Part shown: one piece after another, positions 36,301 through 49,000 of the stretch
Numbering within the stretch: position 1 is the stretch's first letter
How the letters are laid out: every line of letters begins with the position of its first letter
DNA from: Camelus dromedarius
Taxonomy: Eukaryota
Direction of reading: 5' to 3'
DNA: 64,000 nucleotides
Assembly: GCF_036321535.1 (NCBI RefSeq)
Contig: NC_087437.1
Location: forward strand, 50,842,001-50,906,000
The notes under the pieces: model-generated
Databases searched by the model: none
What the model saw: the letters and a program-made list of their open reading frames with translations, nothing else
Told to the model about the DNA's origin: nothing
Made by a program: the position numbers and the translations under genes

Positions 36301-39300
36301 TCAGTGTTAGTCCGAAGACTTTAAATTTCAACTTAGTGTGGTTGTGGGACAGAGGGGAACTTGGGCTCTGTTACCATTTCTCACTGTTGGCCACGAGACC
36401 TACTATGTGTGTTCAGCAACAAAATTCACAACTACTTAAACTAAGTACTATCGTTCTTCACAATTTGCACATGGGAGTAGATTTCCATTCACGGACATAA
36501 AAAAATTAAGGCAGTGGAATGCCAAATGAACAAATAGGCAAAGAAAAGTCCTGAGTCTTTACTAAGGAAACTGGTGACACAAGGATTGTACAGCATTATT
36601 ATATTTTAAAGGAGTTGTGCTAAAAGTCATTTAAAATTCCCAGTAACCAGTATGATGATAACAGAATTTGAAACAAACAACAAAGCTCAAATATAAAGTA
36701 GGTCTCGAAGGAGTCAAATATTTGCTTTTCTAAGCTTGGCCCCCCTTATTCGTTCTTGGGGCATATTTGTTTGGGTTCACAGCACTGCTTGCTTTTTAAA
36801 ATACTGATTCTTGTCAGTTTTATTCTTGCGTACTTAAGAAACAAACTTCTCCTTCTGCCCAGTCTTGCAGCAGTTACTAACATGGTGTGTTTCTTGTGCA
36901 CCAGCCTCTGTTCTGAATGCTTTACACGTATAGTGACTCTTTAAGCCTCACAACCACCTATGAGGGAGAAATAATCTCCCCATTTTGCAGAAGAAGAAAC
37001 TGAGGCACTGAGACATGAGGTTAACCATGTAATCGCCATAAATTCCAGACTCGGTGGCAGCTCAGAAGCAGCTGATTGGTTCTAGGTCCTGTCCCTGGGC
37101 TCCTCACCTGCCCTTCCTCCCTGACACTGACACAGCTGGAGGAGGGAAATGGGGTGAGGATGGGGAAGGGGATCTGAAGTGGCAACTTTTGCCATCAAGG
37201 AGGGAGAAAGAGAGAACAGGGGAGGAAAGGAGATAAAAGGATCGACTACAGTAATCAGCAAGCATGTCTAAAGAGGAACTTTGTCTAGGTAAACCTATCT
37301 GCCAACTTACAAGGAGAAGACTCTCTCCCTCCACCCTATTCCCACCCCCAGAAAAGCTGTCTCTCATGTCATTCAGTTATTACAAAGCAAAATGAAAGTG
37401 GTTTTTGATTGTGATTGTTTTTTTAAGCACATCACATTTTTCTCAATACTTCCATCTTACTGTGGATGCCACACAGGACATGGCTCAGAACTCACATTAT
37501 TTCATCCCAGTGCAAAATACACAGTTTTTGCCTCAGAGTATAAAATGCTGTATTTTCAGTCAAATCACAGAAAGTAATAATTTTATAGTCCATAGTTTGT
37601 TACAAAGCCATTGACATTAGACCACAAATAAGCTGACTCTTGGTTAGTAGGGCCCATATCTGCTCCCTTGCTCTACCCACGCCAGTGAGAAATCCAGAGC
37701 CAAAGCAGGCTGATAGTATGTACTGTGTATACGTGCGAATGTTCACACAAGCTTTTATTCCTTCCAGGTTCAAGCTGAGCCATGCCCACTCAGGTTCCCG
37801 TGTCAGACTTGCACTTGAAAAACACATAGGATCATATCCTACCCCGCGAACTGCAGACTGGCACTCACACCACACGTACACATGCACACATGCACACAAA
37901 CAAAACTTTACATAATTTTACATACAGATAAACATACCACATGAATAAACATTCTCAAAATAAGGAGATTGGTGAGAGGATCTGAGGCTTTTGGTGGGAG
38001 GATGGGAGAGGATGTGGAAGAGAGATGTGGGCGAGCAGGGCAGCCCGGAATGCCTGCCCTGGTGCCCACACTGTGCACCCACACAGGGAAAGAGGGCAGC
38101 AGTCTGGGAGGTCCCTTTGTTCATCTGGCAGAATTTCCTAGAGCAGACTGGATCCCCAAGGAAGGCCTTGAAGGAAGAAAAAAGATCAGAAGTTTTTACG
38201 GTTCAGAATAAAATACTGTTATTTTATTGGGAGAAAGTGCATGAAGATTTTGAATCAGGTTGAAAATAAACACAGAGAACACTGATAACGGTCACTTGGC
38301 CAAAATGAAGATAGTGAACAAGACAGTAGCTGCTTTAAAGGAAGGAAGGTAAGAATTTGATTTGCAGAGCAAACAGGGGATACAGAAACTATTAGGGGAA
38401 AAATACGGTGACATTAAGGTGATGGGCTTGAAAATGAGAAGAGTAGCGGGTTGCATGTCAGACTTAGGAGGGAGACATAAGGCAGAGGTAGTACAGGGGA
38501 GAAGCATATTTATGGGAAAAACCCAGTGAGGAGAGTGAGTTTTATTAACGGTGGAAAGACAACCAAAACCCAACAGCAAGAGAGCACAGGAATAATCAGG
38601 AAATGAGGTTTGATAACAGAATGGCCTAACGCCTGACACACCGAAGTGTAACCACATAGTGCCAGGCTTGGGTGGTTCAGCTTAATCTGCTCTCTCTGAA
38701 TTCTGCTAGGGAGGAGGCGTCCTCAGAGACCCTGCACAGACCCTGCCCCATGAATTCACACACACCCCATGCTGTGTGTTCTGAAACCAGTGAGCATTAA
38801 TGCAAGCCTGGGCTGCTAGAGAAATGGGGTGGAATCCTGACCTAGCTTCCTACTGGCCATGGGATCTAAGCAAGTGACCCAACTTCTCTGCGCCCCATGG
38901 TAATTCCTGCCTGGAAGGGTGCTGTGAGAACTGACTACAGATGCAATAACACGTGAGAAGTGCTGAGCACAGCGTCTGGCCGCCGTCACAGGCTGTCCAC
39001 ACTGGCCGCAGAAAGCTCCTCTCACTGGCTCAGCCAGTCTTCATGCTCTATCCCTTCATCATCACTATAAAAGGATTTGCTGTGTTTCACGTCTCTGGAG
39101 ATACATTTTCTGTCATGTACGGAACTATGCTGCAGACTCAGAAGTTGGCTACCCTCCCGTCCTTTACTCATCATTTTCCCTAATGGCCTCTCGTCTTAGG
39201 GCCTGGAGCCTGGGCTTAACTTCTTAGCCAGCAGTTTAACGTCAGTCAAGTCACCTACCCAGTGGGATTCCTAATTTCAGCGGTAAACTGGCAAGTATTT

Positions 39301-39470
39301 TAAAACTGGCTCTCAAGGAATGGAGGGGAAGAGGGGCCGACTTACAGTTTTTGCTGATTTCCTTGGTGTAAATGCTCCCACCGTGGCCAGTTTCAAGCTG
39401 CCAAGGTGAAGTCATTTAAGTGAAGCTGGGAAGAAATACGTGCCCTTGGCTCTCCTAAGCAGGTCCTAAT

Positions 39471-39874
39471 TGTTACCCATCAGGGTCCTTGGACTCTTTA
39501 ATTAATAGAAATTGATAAGTGGCCAGATGAGGAATTCAGGCACGGCTTTATGGGGACTAGAGCTGAAGCAGGAGGGAACAAAAACAAGTGTCAGATGCCC
39601 TTGCTCGCTCCCTGAAGGGGGATGATGAGCTGGTTCCTTAAATGGGGTGAGGATAGGGGCGGATTGGTTGGTTGGGCTGGAGGGGTGGTTTAGATGGTCT
39701 GCCCAACCCCTTGGTAGCACCTTTTTGTATCTTGTTGTTCATAATCTGTCCCAACTGTGCATGCATGTAGTTATTTTTAGTCCCTGATAGTTTCTTGTGT
39801 TTTGTTGCTCGAGACTAGACGTTTGTCCAGGTGCAAGCGCTGCAGTAAAGGGTCCCAGGTCCCAGTGTGTCTCA
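39471..39874. mobile_element. Solo ERV1 LTR with 4-bp TSD, nested in a MER63-like hAT element (about 39278-39897)
   Basis: TG...CA termini flanked by taat at 39467-39470 and 39875-39878. Confidence 0.8.
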
Positions 39875-41869
39875 TAATGACTCCAGCGCAACACTGTTTC
39901 TTCCTCAGTGAAATGAGAATCAGTACATATTTCTGCTCACAGAATTATTTCTGACTTAATCATTCATTTTTTTCAACAAGTATACTTATTTATTGAGAAT
40001 CTACTTAGGTCAGAGGCACTATGCTAGGTACTGGGGGAGCTCACCATCAGGAGTTTTGCAGCTCAAATAAAATAATACACGTTAACCCAAAAAAACCCAC
40101 CTTTTTAATCCTTAAAACTCTATACAGCAACTGCAGGGATTAATTTGAATTAGGTTTAATAAATTGGGTTTACAAAGGACTTCAGATCCTCTGTTCAAAA
40201 GAGCTGCATGTATGTAAGCCTATTTTGTCATTATTTAGTATAATAAGGTATTGAAGATCACATCTCTAGAGAGATTTAATAATAATTTTTTTGTATCCCA
40301 CACATGTTGGAAAAGTATTTGAAATAGTTTTTATGTTAAAAAAAAAAGTAGAAATATAGAAGAAATCCAGTGATCAGAGAGACAGAAACTGAGACATAGA
40401 AGGAGAGAGTAAGGAACAGGTGGGAGTTCAGCCACTAAGCAAAATTCTTGGGAGTACTTATGTTTATCTAATTGTTAAATTAATGCTCAAGAAAAACCAT
40501 TGGTTCCAACATGTTCATTGTATGGGTTTATAGTGTTTTCTGTTGTTACAGTTTACAGTTTTGGGAATTTATGAAGCAATTACAGAACATCTAATCAAAA
40601 CAGAAGAAGGATGTAAAACTAAGAACATGATTTCCTAAGCCTGAACCCTCAGGACCTATTCTGTACTGAATGAAACAGGCTTCTGGACAGTTGGCCAGAT
40701 CAGTCTCCTATACCTTCCCCTGGGCTCCTGCATCGATTCTCACTGTAGCCTGGCGGGCCAACCATCTCTATCCTGGCTCCTCCCGGCACCCAGCCTCCCT
40801 GGCTCCCCTTCCAGACTCTGTCCCAGCAGCCTGCATCTCATGAAGCCCCGTGTGTAGCCAGGACTCCTAGCCCCTCATGTTTCCTTCTTCCTGAAACACC
40901 CTCCCATCTTCCTGCAAGTGCGTCTTACAGAGGACATTTAGATCTCACCTCCTCCAAGACCTCTGCAGACCACGCTGATTCCTTCTCCTTGCTGTCTTAT
41001 TGTACATGCAGCCACACATGACCTAGTCAACTGAGGTTATAAATTAACAGAAAGTCCTATGACTTTGACTTCTTTTCTTGTGAGAAATGAAAAGCAAGGA
41101 GTGATTAGATCAAGGACCAGGTAGTCAATTTTTCTACAAATAGAAATATATTTACAGAATAATCTTAGAGTGAGGAGGGAATAGTAAAGATGATGTAGTC
41201 TTATTTAATCCCCATAATCAGACGTGCCAAAGGCTCTGGAGGTGGAGAAACTGAGGCTCGGGGAGGTGAAGCCGAACGCCCAACCGTCTGCCCTCAGCAC
41301 GCGGGACCCTCTCGGCGTCGCACCCGCAGCCCCAGCTCGGCAGCACCGGCCCTGCCGCCCCCACTTGCGGGATGACGGGTCCTCTTGGCCTTGGTTTTCT
41401 CAAGCGTAAGGTGAGGATGCGAGAAGCTCCTCCGTAGGACTCCTGGGAGGAGCCGGTGAGCGACGCACGTGGAGACGAAACAGAGAAGCTTCCGAACCAA
41501 CCGTGCGGCTGTTGTTTTACACACGGGACGGCGCACCAGCGCGGGGAGGAGGGTGGTGACCCTCCGCTTCCCTCCATGGGTGGCACCTGTCAGCATGTTT
41601 TGGCACCGCGTTCACTTAGGACCTCATGTCCCTCTGACGGCCCCGTGTTTACTGTCATCAGAACTTTGTATGTCCTTCCCCTGGGTGCAGTGGGATGGAG
41701 CAGAGCTCAGTGGGGGTCTTCACCCCCTGGGCCTGGGTGCACCCGGTACCGAAGGCTCGGGCTTTCCCACAGAAGTGATGCTGATGCAGTAACTAAGTTC
41801 TGTACTATATGGAAGACATAGTGATTAGAAACACAGACCGTTGGGCTGTTTGCCTCATGATTTAGAAAG

Positions 41870-42185
41870 GATCTATTTAGAAAACAGAAACAGACTCACA
41901 GACATAGAAAACAAACTTACGGTTACCATGGGTAGGAGGGGATGGAGGGATAAATTGGGAGTTCAAGATTTGCAGATACTAACTACTATATATAAGATAG
42001 ATAAACCAGTGCACACTGTATATAGCACAGGGAACTATATTCAACATCTTATAGTAACCTACGATGAAAATGAAAAAGAATATGAAAAGGAATATATATA
42101 TGTTCTCATATGACTGAAACATTATGCTGTACACCAGAAATTGACACAACATTGTAAACTAACTGTACTTCAGTTAAAAAAAACA
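41870..42185 (+). mobile_element. Artiodactyl-type L1 3' end
   Basis: aaacagaaacagactcacagacatagaaaacaaactta...tatagcacagggaactatattcaa, A tail. Confidence 0.85.
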
Positions 42186-44963
42186 CTCTAAAATAAAACA
42201 TAAATAAATTCTTAACTAAAAAGCGTAATGCAGTAGAGGGGTTGTTCCCAATAAAATTAAGTTTTATTTTAAAATAAAGGATTTTATTTAGCTTTTCAAA
42301 GTTTGATTTTATTCCCCCAGGGAGGGAGAATGCCTTTCCCTTCACTTTAAACTATAAGATTAAAAACAAACAAACAAAAAAAACAACCTGTGAAGTTTAT
42401 CATTTTTACTGCTATTGAAATGGTATAAAAGAGAACATATTATTTATGGCTAAAAAACAGAGCTAGGCTAATGTCCACAGCCAGAAGAATAAATATGTAT
42501 TTTATTAAATAAAATATATTAAATAAATAAAAGATATATTTTCATTTCAGTAAGATAACAGATTGTAAGTTTAAATAATGAATTGATTACAGATGCCCCT
42601 ATGTGAATCCTGGTAGTAAGATATGAGTCAGTGAAATCTAATCAGAGTGTCATTTCTCTGTGTCAGTGACTTAAAATTAAGGCAGGGCAGAACTAAGGTA
42701 GAAAACAACCATTTTATTGTAGGTACAAACACATGAATGATTCAGAAAATTATTCATCTTGGCTATCACAACCACGTGACGTTAACATTAGAGTTGATCT
42801 GATAGTACTAGATCTCATCTGCTCAACAAAAATCATAGTTCTACTAAATGATGTCAAACCATTATCTTTTACACAACCATGAATTTTTCCCTGGAAGGGC
42901 ATTTGTGAAAGAGCACTCGCTGGTCTAGGCATCCTCACCCTGAGTCCTAGGCCCACATCGACATCTAAAGCTGGGAAACCTTAGGCCAGTGCTGGAACCT
43001 CTCTGATGCTCAGTTGCCTTATCTGTGAAATGGAGTCATTTCCGTGCTTCCTGCTTCATAGGGCTGTTATGAGGACAAAATGGATTAGACTGTAAACTGT
43101 AAAGTGCTGTCCAAATGTGAGGTAACTTGATTACCATCCTTATCTCTCTTTTGCAGAGGATTTAAGTGTATTTATTATTTCCGTGTGTGTGATGGACAAA
43201 CCCATGTGTTACTTTGAGAAATACGTTGTTTGTATCCAGTTACTTTGCAAATCTGCTGACGTGTGGTGTGGATCCCTTGAAACGGCCTCAGCTGTGTGCC
43301 AAGAAAATTTTATTCGCTGATACTGGAATTTGAATTTCATATAATTCGCACATCATGAAATAGTAGCTTTCTTCTTTTTTTTCTTCAACCATTTAAAAAT
43401 GTAAACACCATTCTTACCTTATAGGCCATACAAAAACGGGCATTCGGTCCACCCACACAGTTGTATTTGCTGACTCCTGATGGAGAAAACAGGAAGAGGT
43501 GGGGGAATTCGGGGTACTGCAAAGAGCAACCTTTTCTTAGTTGCAGAATTGTGTTAAAAAAGAAAGGAAGAAACCTGATGAGGTTAGAGAGAGAAATATG
43601 GCAATGGGGAATAGACTATGTGGGGTTCCTTTGGGAGAATTTTGGTTTTTAGGGGTGTGGTGAGGCTTTAGAGGGTTTTGAGCAGAGAAATGCCATGATC
43701 TGACTTAGGTTTTAAAATTATGAAGTGCAGATTTAACCTGGTTTTATCATAGGAAGTGGTTGAACTTGAATGGATGAATTCAAAAATTGGGGAAAATTCC
43801 TTTCTGATATTTAATTTTTCTCCCAGCTGTGTGAGCTCAATGAGTTCTTAGCCTAACTAAATAACAGGTGGGGGAACACTTTTAGAGGCTGTCTACATGG
43901 ATCTCAACTGGGATGAAAAGTTTATTTCTCTCCTTGTTCCAAATGCTTTTCTCTGTTGAATCCAATGCCATAGAAATGCATTTGAATTCCATTTAGATCC
44001 TGACTGGTCGCTAAAAAGCTCCAAGTTTGAATACTCACACTGAAAAAAAAATGTTTTTTCTTTTCTGAGACTAGTTTGTGCAATTCAGCAACGGGAGTGT
44101 TTTTATTGCAAGTTCTATAAATGGAAGGGCCATGGCCTATTTTCTGTTTTAGTCACCACTTCCCTGGGCAGATTGTTGGCTGCGGAGATGAGGCTGAGTA
44201 AATCATCTTAATGACTCAGTGGAATTGCCTTGTGCTTCTTTCCACACTCACAACTCCTATGTTAAAGGGGGACTGTGAGGAGTAAATGAAGAGTAAGTCA
44301 CAATTAAGGCAACTAGCACCATGCCTGGCACCAGGTAGATGCTCACTAAATGACCCAGATTCAGGTACTTAACCAGGAGGGAAAGGAAGGAACCCCTTTG
44401 CTTCTGGCCATTGTAGTCATGGGCTCCTCTGTCCCACAGCTTCTGCTTTTCATTTCTGGACCAAGTTTTGTGCTAATTCATTTATCCAGATGTTTCCTGC
44501 CTCTTTGTGCAAGAAGCATACCGCCCTGTCCCTTTAGTTGTCATTGCCAGGAAGGGACACCTGGGCACCCAGAAGAGGTCTCCTTCTGGAGTCCAGCTTC
44601 CCTGCATTCACTCTCATCCAGATTCTTCATTTGGTTGATGTCATCACATTTGAAATTCTTACCTCAGAGCTCTTACCTACAAAACGTCCACACATGAAAA
44701 TGGTAGCGTTTAAACAAAATGTAAGCGACACCTGGTAGTCCCCCTGTGCGAAATGAATAGGATGAAGCTCTTAGCACAGCACCTGGTTTTGGGTAAGCTT
44801 CTACTCACTACTCATTGGTACCATCAAGTGTTTTTTCCTCAAAGAGGAAAACACCTGGGGTTCAGGCCTTCAGAGAGGGAAATAGCATGTCTTTATTTAT
44901 GTGCTAAAAAGGATCCATAAAAAGTAGTGCATAAAGTGTTTACCTTTCTTTTCAGAAAGGAAA

Positions 44964-45010
44964 TATATATGTGTGTGTGTGTTTATATATATGTGTGTTC
45001 ATATATATAT
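44964..45010. repeat. Compound (TA)n/(TG)n microsatellite
   Basis: Read directly. Confidence 0.85.
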
Positions 45011-45097
45011 GAAATCAAAAACAAAAATACAGTTTCCTCACTTTAAAACTATGTGGAAAGAGCTGCTGCTGAAGGAGCAGGATCTAGAGTGGTCCCA

Positions 45098-45116
45098 TGC
45101 CGCCATCTAGTGGACA
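45098..45116 (-). promoter_or_regulatory. Candidate CTCF site
   Basis: Minus strand TGTCCACTAGATGGCGGCA closely fits the CTCF core CCAS(C/T)AG(A/G)(G/T)GGC(A/G). Confidence 0.7.
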
Positions 45117-48100
45117 TCTAGGGAAAAGACAAATTTAGAGCAAAATAATTGATCTAGTCATGATTTTGTTTTCTAAGTCTGTGATTCACCAAAGATGTCT
45201 TTTTTAATCAGAATAATTTAAATTCCACATTAGACCCACTAGTTAAGAGATTTCATTCAATTTGTTAAAGCAAAACAACAATACTAGTATCTAAACTTTA
45301 AGCCCCAAAACTACATTTCCTAAATCATGTAGTAATGAAGGTCTGCTGAGAGGAGAGAGAATGATTCCCAGGTATTATCAGCATGAATTTTCATGGCCCA
45401 TCAATCCCATCCACGTGGTCCTTCTCTACCAACAAACTGTGTTTACTCTGGCATGTGGATTGGGAGTGCCGCAGGGAACAGGGTTATGTCTTCCCAACAC
45501 ACTGCTGAACACTGGCTGGGACCAGAGTCGTTCTGTTCGTTTCCAAGAATGCAACCATCTTTTGTAACCAGGTGGATCCTTGGCAAGGGCCTGTGTTCTT
45601 GGTTTGGGTTTGGTTGTGTATGTGTCTGTGAGTGTGTCTTTTTCCTCTCCTATTATTAAAGGCAGTTCATGAAAACATAACCTGCCTCCTCCCCTGGGTG
45701 TTTATGAGAATTTCCTTTTTGCCTTGGATGAAAACAATGGCAGTCAGATTGCCTCCAAAACTAAGGAAAAACAGCACATATGAAGTATCCAGAGTTGTCC
45801 TGAGACCTCTTGTTACTATTGCAATTACTGTTAACAACAGTCATAGCACGGGCTATTTTTGAGTTCCCAGCCACTCCAAATTGTACACATTTTTGCTAAT
45901 CCTTATACCAATCCTACAAAATAGGCAATATTATCCTTGTTTTAGAGGTAAAGAAATGGATGCTCAGCAAAGTTAAGTGGCTTACTCAAGCTCACACAGC
46001 CAGTGAGCTAGTAGCAAAGTGAAAACTGCACTCAGGTCTGACTCCAAAGCGCCTCTCCTAACACCAGGGCATGGGCATCTCATTCATTCACTCAGGTGTC
46101 TATGACCTGCCAGACCCGGAGCCTGAGATCCTGGAGTCCCCTCAGTGCTGCCACATCCATAAGACCTAGGAATTAGTACTTAAGACTCTTGGTACCACAG
46201 AGCCCATGGTCATTGGGTCCAGGAAGAAGGGATTAAATATGGAAATGACAAAGATACAGCAAAATTGCCCCCCAAAGAGCTGTACTTTCCTCCCCTGCAA
46301 AACCAGGGGCTTTGACAGAGGGATGTTCTCCAAGGCTTACAGGTTCTAAGAATTCTGGGTTTCTTCCAGGAGCCATGCGGGATGCTGGGTGAACAGAGTA
46401 CTGTCTCTGCTGCCAAGAGCCTGGGGCCCACGGGGGAGACACATGAGGGCCCGCTCAGGGCAGATGCAGTTTGCCTCAGAAGAAAATCTGCTTCCAAGGG
46501 TCCTGTGAGGAGATTGTGGGTGACCCCACCACCTCCATCAGCCCCTCTCCTCCTCTGTCTCCCAGAATAGAGCAGAACACAATCAAAAAAATAGAACAGA
46601 AGAGTAGAATAGAATGGATAGAATAGAACAGATGAGGACATCACACACTGTAAGCATAATATTGATCCATAAACGTTGGTTTTAATTTTATAAATATATA
46701 TACGTCTGTACACTGTGTTGGGTGTAAATTTTGCACCTCCCTGCGGTTACACTTTAAGGAGTATGGAAAACCCTGCCCTGGACTAAACTGGGCGCCTGCG
46801 GGGTCCCAGGCAGCCCGGACCCTCACCTGTGGGACCAGGCACCGAGGAGGCCATGTGCACTGACAGTCCCCAGCAGAGAAGCGACATCTGGGTCTTGACA
46901 GTGCTCTGAGAATTGGTCCTCTTTCCAGCGCAGGCACATCCTTACCTGGAGGCAGGGAATGACCCAGATGACCCCGAAATAATGCAGTCAACCCGCCGTT
47001 AAGTGTGTGGGGGCCCCTCTGTGCCAGCCCTGCGCCAGGCTGAAGCCCCCTCCCCCAGTCCCACCTGCAGGGCTCGCAGGAGGTAGGGGAAAGCAGCCCC
47101 AACACCGGGTCACCTTTTCACCCCTGGAGCTACTTACCCTGCCGAGAGGCTGGAACTTGTCCTCAGGTCTTTCAGTTCTCGCGTTGCCTCCCAGCCCCGC
47201 CCACCCCAGGCTGCGGGTCTTCTCTGACTGATGGAGCCTCGGGGCCGGGCCTCAACCCCCAGCCTCCCAGGGGGCGGTTCTGGGGTCCTCGGCACCCGCG
47301 TTGTCTGGGGCACTGAAGCCGCGGCCACTGGAGACGCAGCGCTTCAGTTCACGCAGGTGCAAGGATGAAACAAGATCGTGTACGTCAGAGGCTGCAAACT
47401 CAAATAGCTTTGGAGGCCAATCAGGTCGGTGGGGTCTGTCAAACTCTTTCTAAAGAGAATTTTCCCGACTCTCTTCCAGCCAGTTGTTAACTGACCCCAA
47501 GTGTTGCCAGTTTTAAAAAGGTTATACAGTCCAAAGAAAAGATAGCTATGGTTTTCATCAAACTCTGATGTGTATAAAGTGTCCAGGAAGTGATCAACAA
47601 GGTGGTGGTAATGGTTGGATGGCAGCTTCTCAGGACCATCCCTCCACAGCCCGCCCCTAAACACTGTTCCACACATTACTCCTGGGAAGTAGCAACATTC
47701 TTTGAGTGTTCACTTGGGTATCTGGCTCTGTGCAAGCTGCCCTAGATACAAGGACCAGCAGAAAAACAGCCTCTACTACAACCCTCCTTTGGAGACAGGG
47801 AGGTTGGTGACAACACTGCAGCCTAGTCTAACCCACCACTAGTCTCCAGCCTTGGTTCCTTTTGAGAATTCCAACCACCTTCTGGGAAGATGCATTCTCT
47901 AAAACCATCTGGAAATAACACTTTCAGCACCTAATTTCTAGTTTCCATCTGAATTGCCACACATTTTACCTAGATTTTTCAATGGTTTGTTGGTTTGCAC
48001 TTAATCACTAAGGGTTTCTATTAGATGGTTTTTAATGTGCTGAATCTCAGTCCACATTATTTGGGGATAGTCATAAGAGGTTTTACAGAATCATCTAGGC

Positions 48101-48499
48101 TTCCTGGAGGTCACTGGCTTTAAAAGCTGCCTTCTTCCCCTTTGTACCACCCCACCAATATCACCCCCTGATGGTCTCATTTTCACCAGGTGCCCTTGTA
48201 TCTGAGTGCTGCCATTTCCATTTACACAGGGAATTATGGAGAGCATCTTAGTTATTTGAGAGGCTTTCCCCAAAACCCCTCTGGGCTCAGGAGACAGGCA
48301 ATTGGGAGAGGCAGCCCCAGCCCACTATGATGTGAGTGCACAGGGCAAAGTCAGAAAGACCAAGGATCTGGAGAAAGCTCCGTGTTTGATAGGTTCACAA
48401 AAAATTTGCTTCCAGTAGTCCTTCACTACTAATTGCCACCATGAACATAGCAGACTTGAATTTGTAAGCCACAGCTTGGGTGTGTAACATTTGTGAATC

Positions 48500-49000
48500 T
48501 GTATCATTTCTGAACTTGTCTTATGCCCTATCACCTTCCTCTGATCACAAGCAAAATACTTATGGTGGCCTTGAGACTCCTTACCATCACTCAGAATTCA
48601 CTCCAGCTACCAAGTCCTTTTTACTGTTTCTTGAATACACTGAGCCTCCTGCCTCAGGGCCTTTGCACTGGCTATTCCCATTACCTGGAATATGCTTCCC
48701 CCAGAAATTCCCAGGACTCAAACTTTCTCTTCACTCAAGTCTCTGCTTAGCTGTCTCTTTACCAGAAAGGGCATCTGCTCACCCTGTTTAAAGTAGCATG
48801 CATACCCTTTACCCTGCTTTGCTCCATTTCTAGCATCTAGTACTACATGACATTATATTATATACTAGTTTGATTGTTGGCTATCTCTGCTGGAATGTTA
48901 GCTCATGAGAGCAGGGACTTTTATTTTGTCCGTTGATGGGGAGCCCCAGTACCTAGAATCGTGCCTGGCACATATTAAGTCCTCAATCAGTATTTGCTGC
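48500..49000 (+). mobile_element. L2 3' fragment
   Basis: ctcctgcctcagggcctttgcactggct...ccccagtacctagaatcgtgcctggcacat. Confidence 0.8.

Noticed and set aside
46565..46630. Degenerate (AGAAT)n tract within a 167-aa ORF
   Set aside because: Low-complexity repeat; the ORF has no coding signature.
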